Origin: an uncultured delta proteobacterium
Lineage (GTDB): Bacteria > Desulfobacterota > Binatia > UBA9968
Assembly (NCBI GenBank): GCA_963771465.1
Contig: CAVYTU010000016.1
Span: forward strand, 96,001 to 160,000
Direction of reading: 5' to 3'
Length of the DNA: 64,000 nt
This document shows positions 51,224 through 60,731 of this stretch, piece after piece; positions within the stretch are counted from its first letter, which is position 1; each line of letters opens with the position of its first letter. The position numbers and the translations under genes were made by a program. The notes beneath the pieces are model-generated. The model searched no databases, was not told the origin of the DNA, and saw only the letters and a program-made list of their open reading frames with translations.

Positions 51224-51544
51224 ATGGCTATATTTGATGTGGCGCAGATAACGCGTCGGGGGATCGATTTTATCATCGTGCCTCTGCACGCCAATTTTGA
51301 GTTTAAATCGCAGCAGGAGAAATATGCGACGGTCGCTAGACTTCATTCGGCCGCAGACTACGGAGGATTGCGCGGGATCGTCGTTCCGGTCTGGGCATCA
51401 CGGAGCGGCAAGATGAAGAGTCTCGCGCAAGCTCCATACCGCGCTATTCTCCGCAGCATCGATCTTGAATTTGTTTCCCATAACATCAACCAAGAGATCG
51501 ATGTTGGGGAGGTTCCAGCCTCCATCGAACATTCAGCTTCGTAG
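51224..51544 (+). CDS. Hypothetical protein
   Basis: AGGAG RBS; 106-aa ORF with globular composition (IIVPL...GL.G.VVPVW...G.M...NIN.E). Confidence 0.7.
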   Translation: MAIFDVAQITRRGIDFIIVPLHANFEFKSQQEKYATVARLHSAADYGGLRGIVVPVWASRSGKMKSLAQAPYRAILRSIDLEFVSHNINQEIDVGEVPASIEHSAS

Positions 51545-51653
51545 AATTGCTGGCTGGGGTTGGCGTGATGGGCGCATTCTGAACTGTTCCTTGGTGGGAC
51601 GGTGTGTGATAAATACCGGAAGCATATCGGGTCGTGGAATCACGGGATAAACT

Positions 51654-52388
51654 ATGGTTTCACCGTCAATATGTTTCGCTCTCGCGCCGACGGGCAAGCT
51701 GCGCGTCGGTATCAACTACGGCAATCCAGTATTGGCGACGCGCGATGGCGCTAGCGGTGAGCTGCGCGGCGTTGCGGTGGATTTGGCGCATGAGCTCGGC
51801 CGTAGAACCGAGTTGCCGGTCGACATCGTCTCGTTCGAATCCGCCGGCAAGATGTTCGATGCGGCGAAATCCGGCGCTTGGGACGTGGCGTTTCTCGCCG
51901 TCGACCCCGGGCGCGCCAATGAAATCGATTTCACCGCGCCCTACGTCGAAATCGAGGGAACCTATCTGATTCCCGCCGGCGCGCCGTTTCACACCGTTGC
52001 CGATGTCGATCACGACGGCGTGCGCGTCGGCGTGTCGGGCAAGAGCGCGTACGATTTGTTTTTGACCCGCAATTTGCAGCGCGCTCAAATCGTTCGGGCA
52101 CAGAGTCCTGAGTCGGCGCTCGATTTGATTCTTTCAGCCAAAGTGGATGTGCTCGCCGGCGTGAGGCAAACTTTAGTCGCGCATTCAGCCAAGCTTCCCG
52201 GATCGCGCGTTTTCGAAGATCGTTTCATGGCGATCGGTCAGGCGCTCGGCATCGTCAAAGGCCGCGGCGAAGCTGTGAAATATTTGCGCGAGTTCATCGA
52301 AGATGTGAAAGCATCCGGCTTCGTTGCGCGCGCGCTTGAAAAGAGCGGCGTGCGCGGCGTCTCGATCCCGGTGATGGTAATAGACTGA
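51654..52388 (+). CDS. Family 3 amino-acid-binding protein with no evident signal peptide
   Basis: LAPTGKLRVGINYGN, WDVAFLAVDPGRA, IDFTAPYVEIEG and SAYDLFL motifs. Confidence 0.85.
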   Translation: MVSPSICFALAPTGKLRVGINYGNPVLATRDGASGELRGVAVDLAHELGRRTELPVDIVSFESAGKMFDAAKSGAWDVAFLAVDPGRANEIDFTAPYVEIEGTYLIPAGAPFHTVADVDHDGVRVGVSGKSAYDLFLTRNLQRAQIVRAQSPESALDLILSAKVDVLAGVRQTLVAHSAKLPGSRVFEDRFMAIGQALGIVKGRGEAVKYLREFIEDVKASGFVARALEKSGVRGVSIPVMVID

Positions 52389-52973
52389 GTGCGGGTTCGG
52401 CGGCGGCGCGTCCCGCCGTCCGCTGCCAGCGGTTGTTAGGTGGCAACGGGCAGATGCATGCGGCTGCGATCACTCCGCTGGCTAAGTGCCGTGAAGTTTT
52501 CTCAGTGATCTTTGTTGCTGCGGGTGGGTTGGTGGATCATTTCTTTCTTCAACTCATTGCGAACGCGATCCAGCCTTTTTTGAAACCATGAATCGGTCAC
52601 TGGTCGAAAGACTCGGGCAACGAGATCCTTCTCGTCATACAAACCACCATTGACCGTGGTTTGTTCGAAGATCCGACGCCAGTCCATAATGTGTTCTCCT
52701 TATCTCTCTACTCTTGACTCTATGGGAACTCTTTACTACCGATGGCATTTCGAAATTAAGCGAGTTGAGAGTGACCGGCGAAACGCGATGGGTAGGCTTT
52801 CTTATAAGGACCGCCCTATGTTTGTCAAACTCGGCAAGACAGTGAAACTACCTCGATCGAACACGGCCAATTGGAGTTCTGCGAGATGATCGATGCGGGT
52901 CCCGGCGAGTCACGGATAAAAACCACCGGCGCGAGAACTTACCCGTCATACATCAGTAGATAAGGACGCAGTC

Positions 52974-53975
52974 ATGGCAATCCGGCGTTTAATGATTTAC
53001 GGGGGAGTTTTGCTTGCCCTCGGTGGTTCATCGGCAATCATGGCCCAAGAGAAAAAACTCGATCGCATTCGTGTCGGCGGCGGCTCGGCCTCGGCGGCGC
53101 AAATGTCGATCTGGTTCGCCAAGGAAGGAAACTACTATGACAAGCATGGCTTGAATGTCGAGGTGATCAGCATTCCCGGCAGTTCGCTGGCGATTCAAGC
53201 GATGCTATCCGGCGAGCTGCCGATCATTCAAGCCGGCGGCGCGGGACCCATCCAAGCCGCGCTTTCAGGGACCGATACGGTGATTCTCGCGACCATCGTG
53301 AAAAAATTTAACTGGTGGATTTTCGGCCAAGCGGGCATTGCCCGCATGGAAGACCTGAAAGGCAAGGTTTTCGGCACGACGCGCTTTGGCACACAGTCCG
53401 ACCTCGCTTCGCGTATCGCGCTGCGCAAGGCGGGCCTTGAACCGGATCGCGACGTGACCATGATTCAGACCGGCGGACCGGCGGAAACGGTGATGGCGAT
53501 GGCGACGGGCAAGGTGCATGCGGCGGCGATCAGTCCGCCGGCGACGCTGCAAGCGAAACGCTTCAAGCTCAAGGAGCTGATGGATTTGACCACGCTCGAT
53601 GTCGAGTATCACGTCAACGGCGTGGTGACGACGCGGCGCTATTTGAAGTCCAACGAGGACATCGTGCGGCGCTTTTTGCGCGCCTATATCGAAGGTGCGG
53701 TGCGCGCTATGAGGGATCGCGCGTTCGCGATCAAGACCATGGGCAAATATTTTCGCACCGACGACAAAGAGGTGCTCGACGAAACCTACGAGCTGAGCAT
53801 CAAGAGCGGCTTTACCGTGCCGCCCTATCCAGCGGGAATTCCGGCGTTACTGCAAGATCTAGAAAGAACGATGCCTAAGGCCAAAGGCGCGAAGCCGGAC
53901 GACTTCATCGACAACCGTCTGGTGCGTGAGCTGGATCAGAGTGGATTTGTAAAAGCCTTGCTGGCTGGCAAATAG
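52974..53975 (+). CDS. NMT1/THI5-type ABC substrate-binding protein
   Basis: Signal peptide; YYDKHGL, LKGKVFG, GLEPDRDV and FIDNRLVREL motifs. Confidence 0.87.
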   Translation: MAIRRLMIYGGVLLALGGSSAIMAQEKKLDRIRVGGGSASAAQMSIWFAKEGNYYDKHGLNVEVISIPGSSLAIQAMLSGELPIIQAGGAGPIQAALSGTDTVILATIVKKFNWWIFGQAGIARMEDLKGKVFGTTRFGTQSDLASRIALRKAGLEPDRDVTMIQTGGPAETVMAMATGKVHAAAISPPATLQAKRFKLKELMDLTTLDVEYHVNGVVTTRRYLKSNEDIVRRFLRAYIEGAVRAMRDRAFAIKTMGKYFRTDDKEVLDETYELSIKSGFTVPPYPAGIPALLQDLERTMPKAKGAKPDDFIDNRLVRELDQSGFVKALLAGK

Positions 53976-54302
53976 TTGCGAAGTCGAGAAGACTATTCGC
54001 GATCTCGCTCTTGTCAATTGTGAATTGCCGAGCTTCCGATAAAAATTATTGGTCACTTTAGAGCTGCCAGGCAGTTTCATTGACAATAAATCCCAGGGAA
54101 ACAGACGATCCGAATGTGATAATCGACACATAGATAATGAAGCGAATCGAGTAGAGCGGGTTCATTAAGGCTGTTTATAAGAAGTGACGGTGGATCGAGC
54201 CGATCATTGCTCCCGTTATTTGATCGGCCGAGGCGGCTCGCGGCGAATTTTCATCCGCGTTGATGCGCGGTTCGCATAGATTCCATTGACACTAAACTGC
54301 GA

Positions 54303-55343
54303 GTGATAACGGCAAGGAGTTTATTTCGTTTGGCATCGCTTTATGTTTCAGATTTTCGTTTTCTTGGATTTTTCAGCGCTTCATGCTTGTTTTGCAGCAG
54401 TCATGTTTACGCGGCGGCGCGGCTTGAGCCGTTGACCGTCGGTTATTCCAATATCACTGCGACTTATGCGCCGCTTTGGCTCGCCGTCGACGAACACGTC
54501 GGCATCAAGCACGGCTTGGAGCTGAAGGCGATTTACGCCGGCCGGGTGCGGCCGCAACAGTTGCTCGCCACCGGCGAGGTGCCGATCGTGGTGGCCTCAG
54601 GAACCGGCACCATGACGTCGCACATCGTCGGGATCAAAGATCAGGTATTGGTGGCGACGATCACAAGCAAAATCGGCACGTCGCTATTCGCCAAGGCGGA
54701 GGTCAAGAGCGTCGAAGACTTGAAGGGCAAAACCATTGCTACAGGGCGGCCGGCGGCATTCTTGGACGCGACGGTGCGCTATGTGTTGCGCAGCAAGTTC
54801 AATCTGGTTCCCGACCGCGATGTGAAGTTGCTGCCCACCGGCGAACCGTATTTGGGATTGCAGGCGTTGGAGCGGGGCGTGGTCGATGCGGCGGCTATGT
54901 CGATCCCGCACTTGTTCATTGCACGCAAGGCTGGTTTCAAGGAGTTGGTCAGTTTCGACAAGCTCGGCCTTGAATATCCCTACACCAGCGTGGTGGTGCT
55001 GCGCCAAACCATTGCCAAGAATCCCGAGCTGGTGGAAAAATTTGTCAAATGTCTGGTCGAAGGCATTTACATTTTCAAAACCAACAAAGCCAAAGCGCTG
55101 ATGGCTTTGCGCCGTTACATGAAAGGCGCCGACGAAGACATTCTTGAAGAATCGTATCAGCACACGCGCGCCACCATCGACGAGGCGCCGCATCCTTCGC
55201 TGCAAGTGGTCAAGGTTGGTTTGGAAATGCTATCGCTGCAATATCCGCAGGCGAAGCAAACCGATGCGAACCTGATTATCGAGCCATCGTTCATGAAAAA
55301 GATCGACGACAGCGGCTTTATCCGGGCGCTGTATAAGAAGTGA
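54303..55343 (+). CDS. NMT1/THI5-type ABC substrate-binding protein
   Basis: LTVGYS, KHGLEL, LKGKTIA, LVPDRDV and SGFIRALY motifs. Start codon uncertain. Confidence 0.83.
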   Translation: MITARSLFRLASLYVSDFRFLGFFSASCLFCSSHVYAAARLEPLTVGYSNITATYAPLWLAVDEHVGIKHGLELKAIYAGRVRPQQLLATGEVPIVVASGTGTMTSHIVGIKDQVLVATITSKIGTSLFAKAEVKSVEDLKGKTIATGRPAAFLDATVRYVLRSKFNLVPDRDVKLLPTGEPYLGLQALERGVVDAAAMSIPHLFIARKAGFKELVSFDKLGLEYPYTSVVVLRQTIAKNPELVEKFVKCLVEGIYIFKTNKAKALMALRRYMKGADEDILEESYQHTRATIDEAPHPSLQVVKVGLEMLSLQYPQAKQTDANLIIEPSFMKKIDDSGFIRALYKK

Positions 55344-55435
55344 CGGGTGCAAGTGGTGATGCAAAGTGCGATCGAGAGCGAAAATTCTTAGAGGAGTTTC
55401 GTAGCTATTTGGGTAAATAGGGCGAGGGTGAAAAA

Positions 55436-55829
55436 ATGGCCAAAGCAACCGACCAATCCAAAACGGGATACGTGACCATCGCCACAGTGCGGCGTCGCGC
55501 CGAGGCGAGTCAAATCGTCAACAAGCTGCAATCGGCGGGCATCGAGAGCTTGGTGACCGCGGAGCGCGCGTCGGAATCAGCGTCGGCTAAATATCGTTGG
55601 TTCTACGGCGTAAAAGTCCAGGTGAGCCGTTCGGATGTGTCGCGCGCTTTGCAAACATTGCAGTTGTCGCGAGCAGAGCAGGATCAAAGCGCGCCACAGC
55701 CAGCGCAAGAGCGAGAATGCAGCGGGCATCTCGCATTTCCAATTAAAGCTTGATAGCTGGCAGGAAGCGGCGATCGCAATCGGCGTCATCATTGCGGTTG
55801 CAGCTTTTCTAGCTCTATGGCTATTTTAA
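55436..55829 (+). CDS. DUF2007-like (PII-like) protein with a C-terminal TM helix (probable frameshift near 55715)
   Basis: EASQIVNKLQSAGIES...GVKVQV.RSD..RA; the hydrophobic tail AIAIGVIIAVAAFLALWLF is in the next frame. Confidence 0.6.
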
Positions 55830-55875
55830 ACGATTAAGATTAATTCAACGGAGTTCCGAAGAAAGGGGAGACGAC

Positions 55876-56915
55876 ATGCTAGACGGTAAATTGAGGATCG
55901 CGCCGACTTGTTATCACATGCTGCACCAAGTGCCGGTGCGGGCGGCGCATGAGATGAATTATTTTTACGACGAGGGGCTCAAGACCGCTGACGGTAGTTT
56001 GGCGTATGAGCTGCTCACCGATTCCATGGTGCCTTTCGGTTTGGAGAAGCTCGGCATCTCGCAAGCGATGAAAGAAAAATCGGTGGATATCGCGCTCGAC
56101 GTGCAGTCGCGGACGATTTTCTACCAGCGCGCCCGCGGCGCCGATCTTTACATCATCGCCGGCTGGCGCAATCAGCACACCAACGTTTGGGTCGGCCCGC
56201 CGCATATCAAGTCGTTGCAGGACCTCAAAGGCAAGCGCGTCGGCATCAGCGACTTTAACAGCATTCGCCACTGGGCGATCCAGATCCAACTGGTTAAAGC
56301 CGGCTTAAATCTGGAGAAGGACGTCGAATGGGTGCGCCTCGGCGTCAATTCGCAGCTCCACAAAGACGCGATCCGCGCCGGCCGCGTTGAATGCGCGCCG
56401 GTACCGCCCTGGTATGCCGAAGATTTGATCGCGGAAGGGTGCAATGTGTTGGTATCGCCGGCCGATCAATATCCCGATGGCCGGCCGGAAAGAGTCATCG
56501 TTTCTACCGGGCGTATCCTCGAGGAGCGGCCGGATATGGTCAAAGCATTTCTAAGAGGTTTGGTCCGCTCTTACTGGTTCGTGCGCGATGTGCCGAAGAA
56601 TTACGAATATCTCGTCAATCTGGAAAAACGCGTTCGCTTGACCAGTCCGGACCCAGAAGAACGTAAAGTCCAAGCACCGCGCTCGCTACGCGATCTGGAA
56701 GCGATGCCGTTTCCCCTCGACGGTAGAGCGAGCGGTTTTGAAGACATGCTCAAAGAAGAAGAAAAGCTCGGCGAGCTTAACTACGAGGTCCCGCCAATCA
56801 AGGACGTGGTCGCGCAGGATTTGGTCGACGAGGCGTTTAAAGAATTGCGTTCGCGCAAAGAGCTCGACGAAGAGTTTCAGCGCTGAAGAAAGCCGAGGCG
56901 CGCTGGGGATATTAG
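55876..56915 (+). CDS. NMT1/THI5-fold protein without a signal peptide (paralog of 21795-22835; 1-nt deletion near 56884)
   Basis: Long identical stretches shared with 21795. Restoring one base gives ...QRxKKAEARWGY*, matching the paralog's ...KRWGY*. Confidence 0.8.
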
Positions 56916-56953
56916 TCGGCGCTGATGCGCGGGTTTTGACAAAGGAAAAGACG

Positions 56954-57994
56954 ATGAAGAAAATCGCCTTCGCACATTTGTTCTTCTTGGTATTTCTCGG
57001 CGGGCTGCTGGCGGCTTCGTCGCTATACGCTCAGGCAGGGAAAGATTTCTTCGAGGGCAAGACGATGTCGTATCTGGTCGGTTCGACGGCTGGTGGCGGC
57101 AGTGATGTCACCGCCCGGCTCGTTGGCCGCCATTTGGAACGGCATATTCCGGGCAAGCCGCGCATCGATATAATCAATAAGCCCGGTGCCGGAGGATTGA
57201 TCGCGGCCAATGAGCTGTACAATTTGCGCAAGCCTGACGGTTTGAGCTTTGTCGCCGTCAATGTAAGCGCGCTCTTCGCGATTGCGAGCGGGAACGATGC
57301 GATCAAATTCGATTTGACGAAGTTTATCTGGATCGGCCAAGCCTTCGACGACACTCAAACACTGTTAATGCGAACATCGACGCCCTACACCAGCTTCGAG
57401 GCGATCCGCAAAGCGAACAAGGAAGGCAAGCTGCCGAAGATGGGCGCGCAATCGCTCGATCACACGAGCAACGTCGTGGTCAAGATCGTCGGCCATATTC
57501 TCGGCTTGGACTTTCTCGTTATCCCTGGATACCCCGGCACGCCGCAAATCTTGCTCGATATCGAACGCGGTGCCCTCGATGGCCGGGCATTCAGTACGGG
57601 TTCGTTTTTCGCTACCAGACGCGAGTGGCTAAAGACCGGCTTCATCAAACCCCTGGTTACCTCAGGGAAGGAGCGCGATAAGCGTTTGCCCGGCGTACCG
57701 AGCATCGAAGAGATCGCGCCGGCCGGCAGCAAGGGGTTGCTCTCGGCGCTCTATTCATCGCAGGATTTATCGCGCTCGCTGGCTTTGCCGCCGGGTACGC
57801 CGCCGGACCGAGTGAAGGTTTTGCGCGATGCTTTCGTCAGGATGACCAAAGATGAGATGTTCCTCAAAGAAGCCGATAAAATGGGCTTGGAGATAAGTTT
57901 GATTCGCGGCGAAGACATGAACCGAGACATCGAGGCTACCGTGCGCGACAAGCGGCTCATGGAAATGTATAAGACGATTACCGAGGTGAAGTAG
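56954..57994 (+). CDS. TTT (Bug/TctC-like) substrate-binding protein
   Basis: ATG 56954 signal peptide MKKIAFAH...; FFEGKT, KPGAGG, KPDGLS and GYPGT motifs. Confidence 0.85.
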   Translation: MKKIAFAHLFFLVFLGGLLAASSLYAQAGKDFFEGKTMSYLVGSTAGGGSDVTARLVGRHLERHIPGKPRIDIINKPGAGGLIAANELYNLRKPDGLSFVAVNVSALFAIASGNDAIKFDLTKFIWIGQAFDDTQTLLMRTSTPYTSFEAIRKANKEGKLPKMGAQSLDHTSNVVVKIVGHILGLDFLVIPGYPGTPQILLDIERGALDGRAFSTGSFFATRREWLKTGFIKPLVTSGKERDKRLPGVPSIEEIAPAGSKGLLSALYSSQDLSRSLALPPGTPPDRVKVLRDAFVRMTKDEMFLKEADKMGLEISLIRGEDMNRDIEATVRDKRLMEMYKTITEVK

Positions 57995-58069
57995 CAACGA
58001 GATAGAGGTCGGAAGTCGGTTGTCGCGCAGGGGTTGTCGTTGAACGCGGTGGGAAAGGATTAGATTTTG

Positions 58070-59116
58070 ATGAGAGTTAGTTTTTTGCCAAAGAGTTATA
58101 ACTGGGTTGTTGCGTTCTTCAGTGTTTTGCTCGGCGCTGCGCCGGTCCAGGCCCAGGGAGCGAAAAATTTCTACGAGGGGAAGGTTATTTCCTACTACGT
58201 CGGGTCAACCGCCGGCGGCGGCAACGACATTACGTCCAGGCATATAGCGCGCCACTTTGAGCGCTATATACCTGGTAAGCCGCGTATCGATATCATCAAC
58301 AAGCCGGGGGCCGGCGGTTTGATCGCCATGAATGAACTTTACAATTTACGCAAGCCCGACGGCCTCAGCATGGTCTCGGTCAATCCTAGCAGCCTATTTG
58401 CGTCGGCCGGAGGGGACGAAGCGATTAAATTTCAATTACAGAAATTCATCTGGGTGGGGCAAGCGTTTGACGACGCCCAGACCCTTTTTGTTCGATCAGC
58501 GACGCCCTACACTAGTTTTGATGCGATCAGAAAGGCCAACAAGGAAGGCAAGCAGCCGAAGATGGGCGCACAGTCACTCGACCATCCGAGCAGCGTCGTC
58601 GTCAGGATGGTCGGCTACATCCTCGGCTTGGACTTCCACGTGATTCCCGGTTATCCAGGCACGCCGCAGATATTGCTCGAGATCGAACGCGGCGCGTTGG
58701 ACGGACGGGCGTTTAGCACGGGGTCGCTGTTCGCAACCAAGCGCGATTGGCTTAAATCCGGTTACATTAAAACCCTCGTAACCTCGAAGAAAGTTCGCGA
58801 TACGCGTTTGCCAGATGTGCCGAGCATTGACGAGATTGCACCGGCTGGCAGCAAGGGTTTGCTCGCCGCGATGTACGCGTCGCAGAATCTTTCCCGCTCC
58901 GTGGCGATGAATCCCGGAGTGCCGGCGGACCGGGTGAATATAATGCGCGATGCCTTTGCGGCGATGACCAAGGATGAGCAATTCATTAAAGAGTCTGAGA
59001 AAATGGGTCTGGAGATCGGCATGATTCGCGGCGAAGAGATGAACCGGGACATCGAAGCGACCATGCGCGACAAGCGGTTGATGGACATGTATAAACAAAT
59101 TACGACAGTGAAATAA
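58070..59116 (+). CDS. TTT (Bug/TctC-like) substrate-binding protein, tandem paralog
   Basis: Same motifs as the upstream gene and long identical blocks shared with it. Confidence 0.85.
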   Translation: MRVSFLPKSYNWVVAFFSVLLGAAPVQAQGAKNFYEGKVISYYVGSTAGGGNDITSRHIARHFERYIPGKPRIDIINKPGAGGLIAMNELYNLRKPDGLSMVSVNPSSLFASAGGDEAIKFQLQKFIWVGQAFDDAQTLFVRSATPYTSFDAIRKANKEGKQPKMGAQSLDHPSSVVVRMVGYILGLDFHVIPGYPGTPQILLEIERGALDGRAFSTGSLFATKRDWLKSGYIKTLVTSKKVRDTRLPDVPSIDEIAPAGSKGLLAAMYASQNLSRSVAMNPGVPADRVNIMRDAFAAMTKDEQFIKESEKMGLEIGMIRGEEMNRDIEATMRDKRLMDMYKQITTVK

Positions 59117-59117
59117 G

Positions 59118-59219
59118 AAATTTAAAACTGAAAAGGAAAAAATTAAGAATTCAAAATTCAATTTGCAGCGGAGGTCACCCCTGACTGTCGGCAATTTTCA
59201 CTTTGAATTTTTAACTTGG
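59118..59219. repeat. Degenerate inverted AT-rich heptamer arrays
   Basis: AAATTTA AAACTGA AAAGGAA AAAATTA AGAATTC AAAATTC ... CAATTTT CACTTTG AATTTTT AACTTGG. Confidence 0.6.
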
Positions 59220-59220
59220 A

Positions 59221-60666
59221 ATGAACAACGTGGATTCTCTCGCCATTCTGATCGATTTCGGCAGCACCTTTACCAAAGTTACAGCGGTCGATTTGTCCAA
59301 TGCGCAAGTCCTGGGCCGCAGTCAAGCGCCGTCCACCGTGCTGACGGACGTGCGCGAAGGATTGCTGCAAGGGTTACAAAGCTTGCATGAACGCCATTCG
59401 GTGTTTCGCACCGTGCCCAAAGACCTGAGCGTGCTCGACGGCCACGTCGTGCTCGCCTCGAGCAGCGCGGCGGGCGGATTGCGCATCGTCGTCGTCGGCA
59501 ATGTGCCCGGTTTGACGGTGGAAGCGGCAAATCAAGCCGCGCTCGGCGCGGGCGCGAAAATCGTCGGCTCGTCGTCGTTTAAATTAACCGACGCCAAGAG
59601 CAAGGAAGTTGAAACGCTGCGGCCCGATATGATTCTCCTCACCGGCGGCGTCGATGGCGGCGACTCGGAGACCATTCTCCACAACGCGCGCACTCTGGCA
59701 CATTCGCCTCTCGACGTGCCCATCGTCGTCGGCGGCAATCGTGCCGCGGTGGACGAAGTCGTCGGTGTTCTCAAACAAGCCGGTAAGGAAGTTCGCCTCG
59801 TCGACAACGTCATGCCCAAGGCCGGCACCCTCGCGGTGGAATCAGCGCGCGAAGCGATCCGCGAACTTTTTATGGAACGCATTACCCACGCCAAGGGACT
59901 CGACGCGCTTCAGGGGACCGTCCCGGTGGTGTTGCCGACGCCGATGGCGGTGATTCAAGGCGTGCGCCTCGGCGCCGATGGCACGGCAGCTGAAAAAGGT
60001 TGGGGCGACATGTTGCTTGTCGACGTCGGCGGCGCGACGACCGACGTTCATTCCATCGGCTACGGGCATCCGGCCGGCGAGAACGTCATCGCGCAGGGAT
60101 TGGCCGAGCCCTACGCCAAGCGCACAGTGGAAGGCGATCTTGGCATTCGCTTCAATGCGGCGACGATCGTCGCCCGCGTGGGTTTGGAAAAGCTCACTGA
60201 AGATTTGCGCCGTGATTTTCGCAACGTCGCAGTGGAGAGCGAACAGCTTGGCGCCTACATTGAATTAATCGGTAGTGAGACCGGTACCGTGCCGCAAGAG
60301 CCGTGGCATCTTGCGGCTGACGCGGTATTGGCGCGCACCGCAGTCGATCTCGCGGTGGACCGACACGTCGGTCGGCGTGAAAGAATCGTCGCCCGCGAGG
60401 GCGAAACGTGGGTGCACTCGGGCAAGGACATGCGCGACACGCACACGTTGATCGGCACCGGCGGCGTGTTCGTACACAATCCTCATGCCACCTATATTCT
60501 TACGCAGCAGCCGAACCCCGATGATCGCGTCCAACCGCTGCGGCCGCGCGATCCAAATAGATTTTTGGATGCTACTTATCAACTGTACGCCGTCGGCTTG
60601 CTCTCCGAGAGCCGTCCCGACGTGGCGTTCAAGTTGTTTCAGCGCTACGTCACTCCGGTGGGTTGA
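59221..60666 (+). CDS. glmL: Glutamate mutase L (GlmL)-family ASKHA ATPase, putative B12-enzyme reactivase
   Basis: IDFGSTFTK, SSSAAGGL, LLTGGVDGG, PTPMAV, DVGGATTDVHS, KRTVEGDLG and IGTGG motifs. Confidence 0.85.
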   Translation: MNNVDSLAILIDFGSTFTKVTAVDLSNAQVLGRSQAPSTVLTDVREGLLQGLQSLHERHSVFRTVPKDLSVLDGHVVLASSSAAGGLRIVVVGNVPGLTVEAANQAALGAGAKIVGSSSFKLTDAKSKEVETLRPDMILLTGGVDGGDSETILHNARTLAHSPLDVPIVVGGNRAAVDEVVGVLKQAGKEVRLVDNVMPKAGTLAVESAREAIRELFMERITHAKGLDALQGTVPVVLPTPMAVIQGVRLGADGTAAEKGWGDMLLVDVGGATTDVHSIGYGHPAGENVIAQGLAEPYAKRTVEGDLGIRFNAATIVARVGLEKLTEDLRRDFRNVAVESEQLGAYIELIGSETGTVPQEPWHLAADAVLARTAVDLAVDRHVGRRERIVAREGETWVHSGKDMRDTHTLIGTGGVFVHNPHATYILTQQPNPDDRVQPLRPRDPNRFLDATYQLYAVGLLSESRPDVAFKLFQRYVTPVG

Positions 60667-60731
60667 CTGCGAATTCGTAGCGCCAGTGAATTTGGCTTTT
60701 CCGGCGCAACTCTTCGCGGCTGCCTTTCGCC

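Noticed and set aside
56738-56953. N-terminal extension of ORF 56738-57994, suggesting a fusion
   Set aside because: It overlaps the upstream gene's frameshifted tail. The real start is ATG 56954, which has an RBS and signal peptide.
59221-60666. DNA mismatch-repair MutL
   Set aside because: Only the name overlaps. The motifs are ASKHA-type GlmL, not GHKL ATPase.
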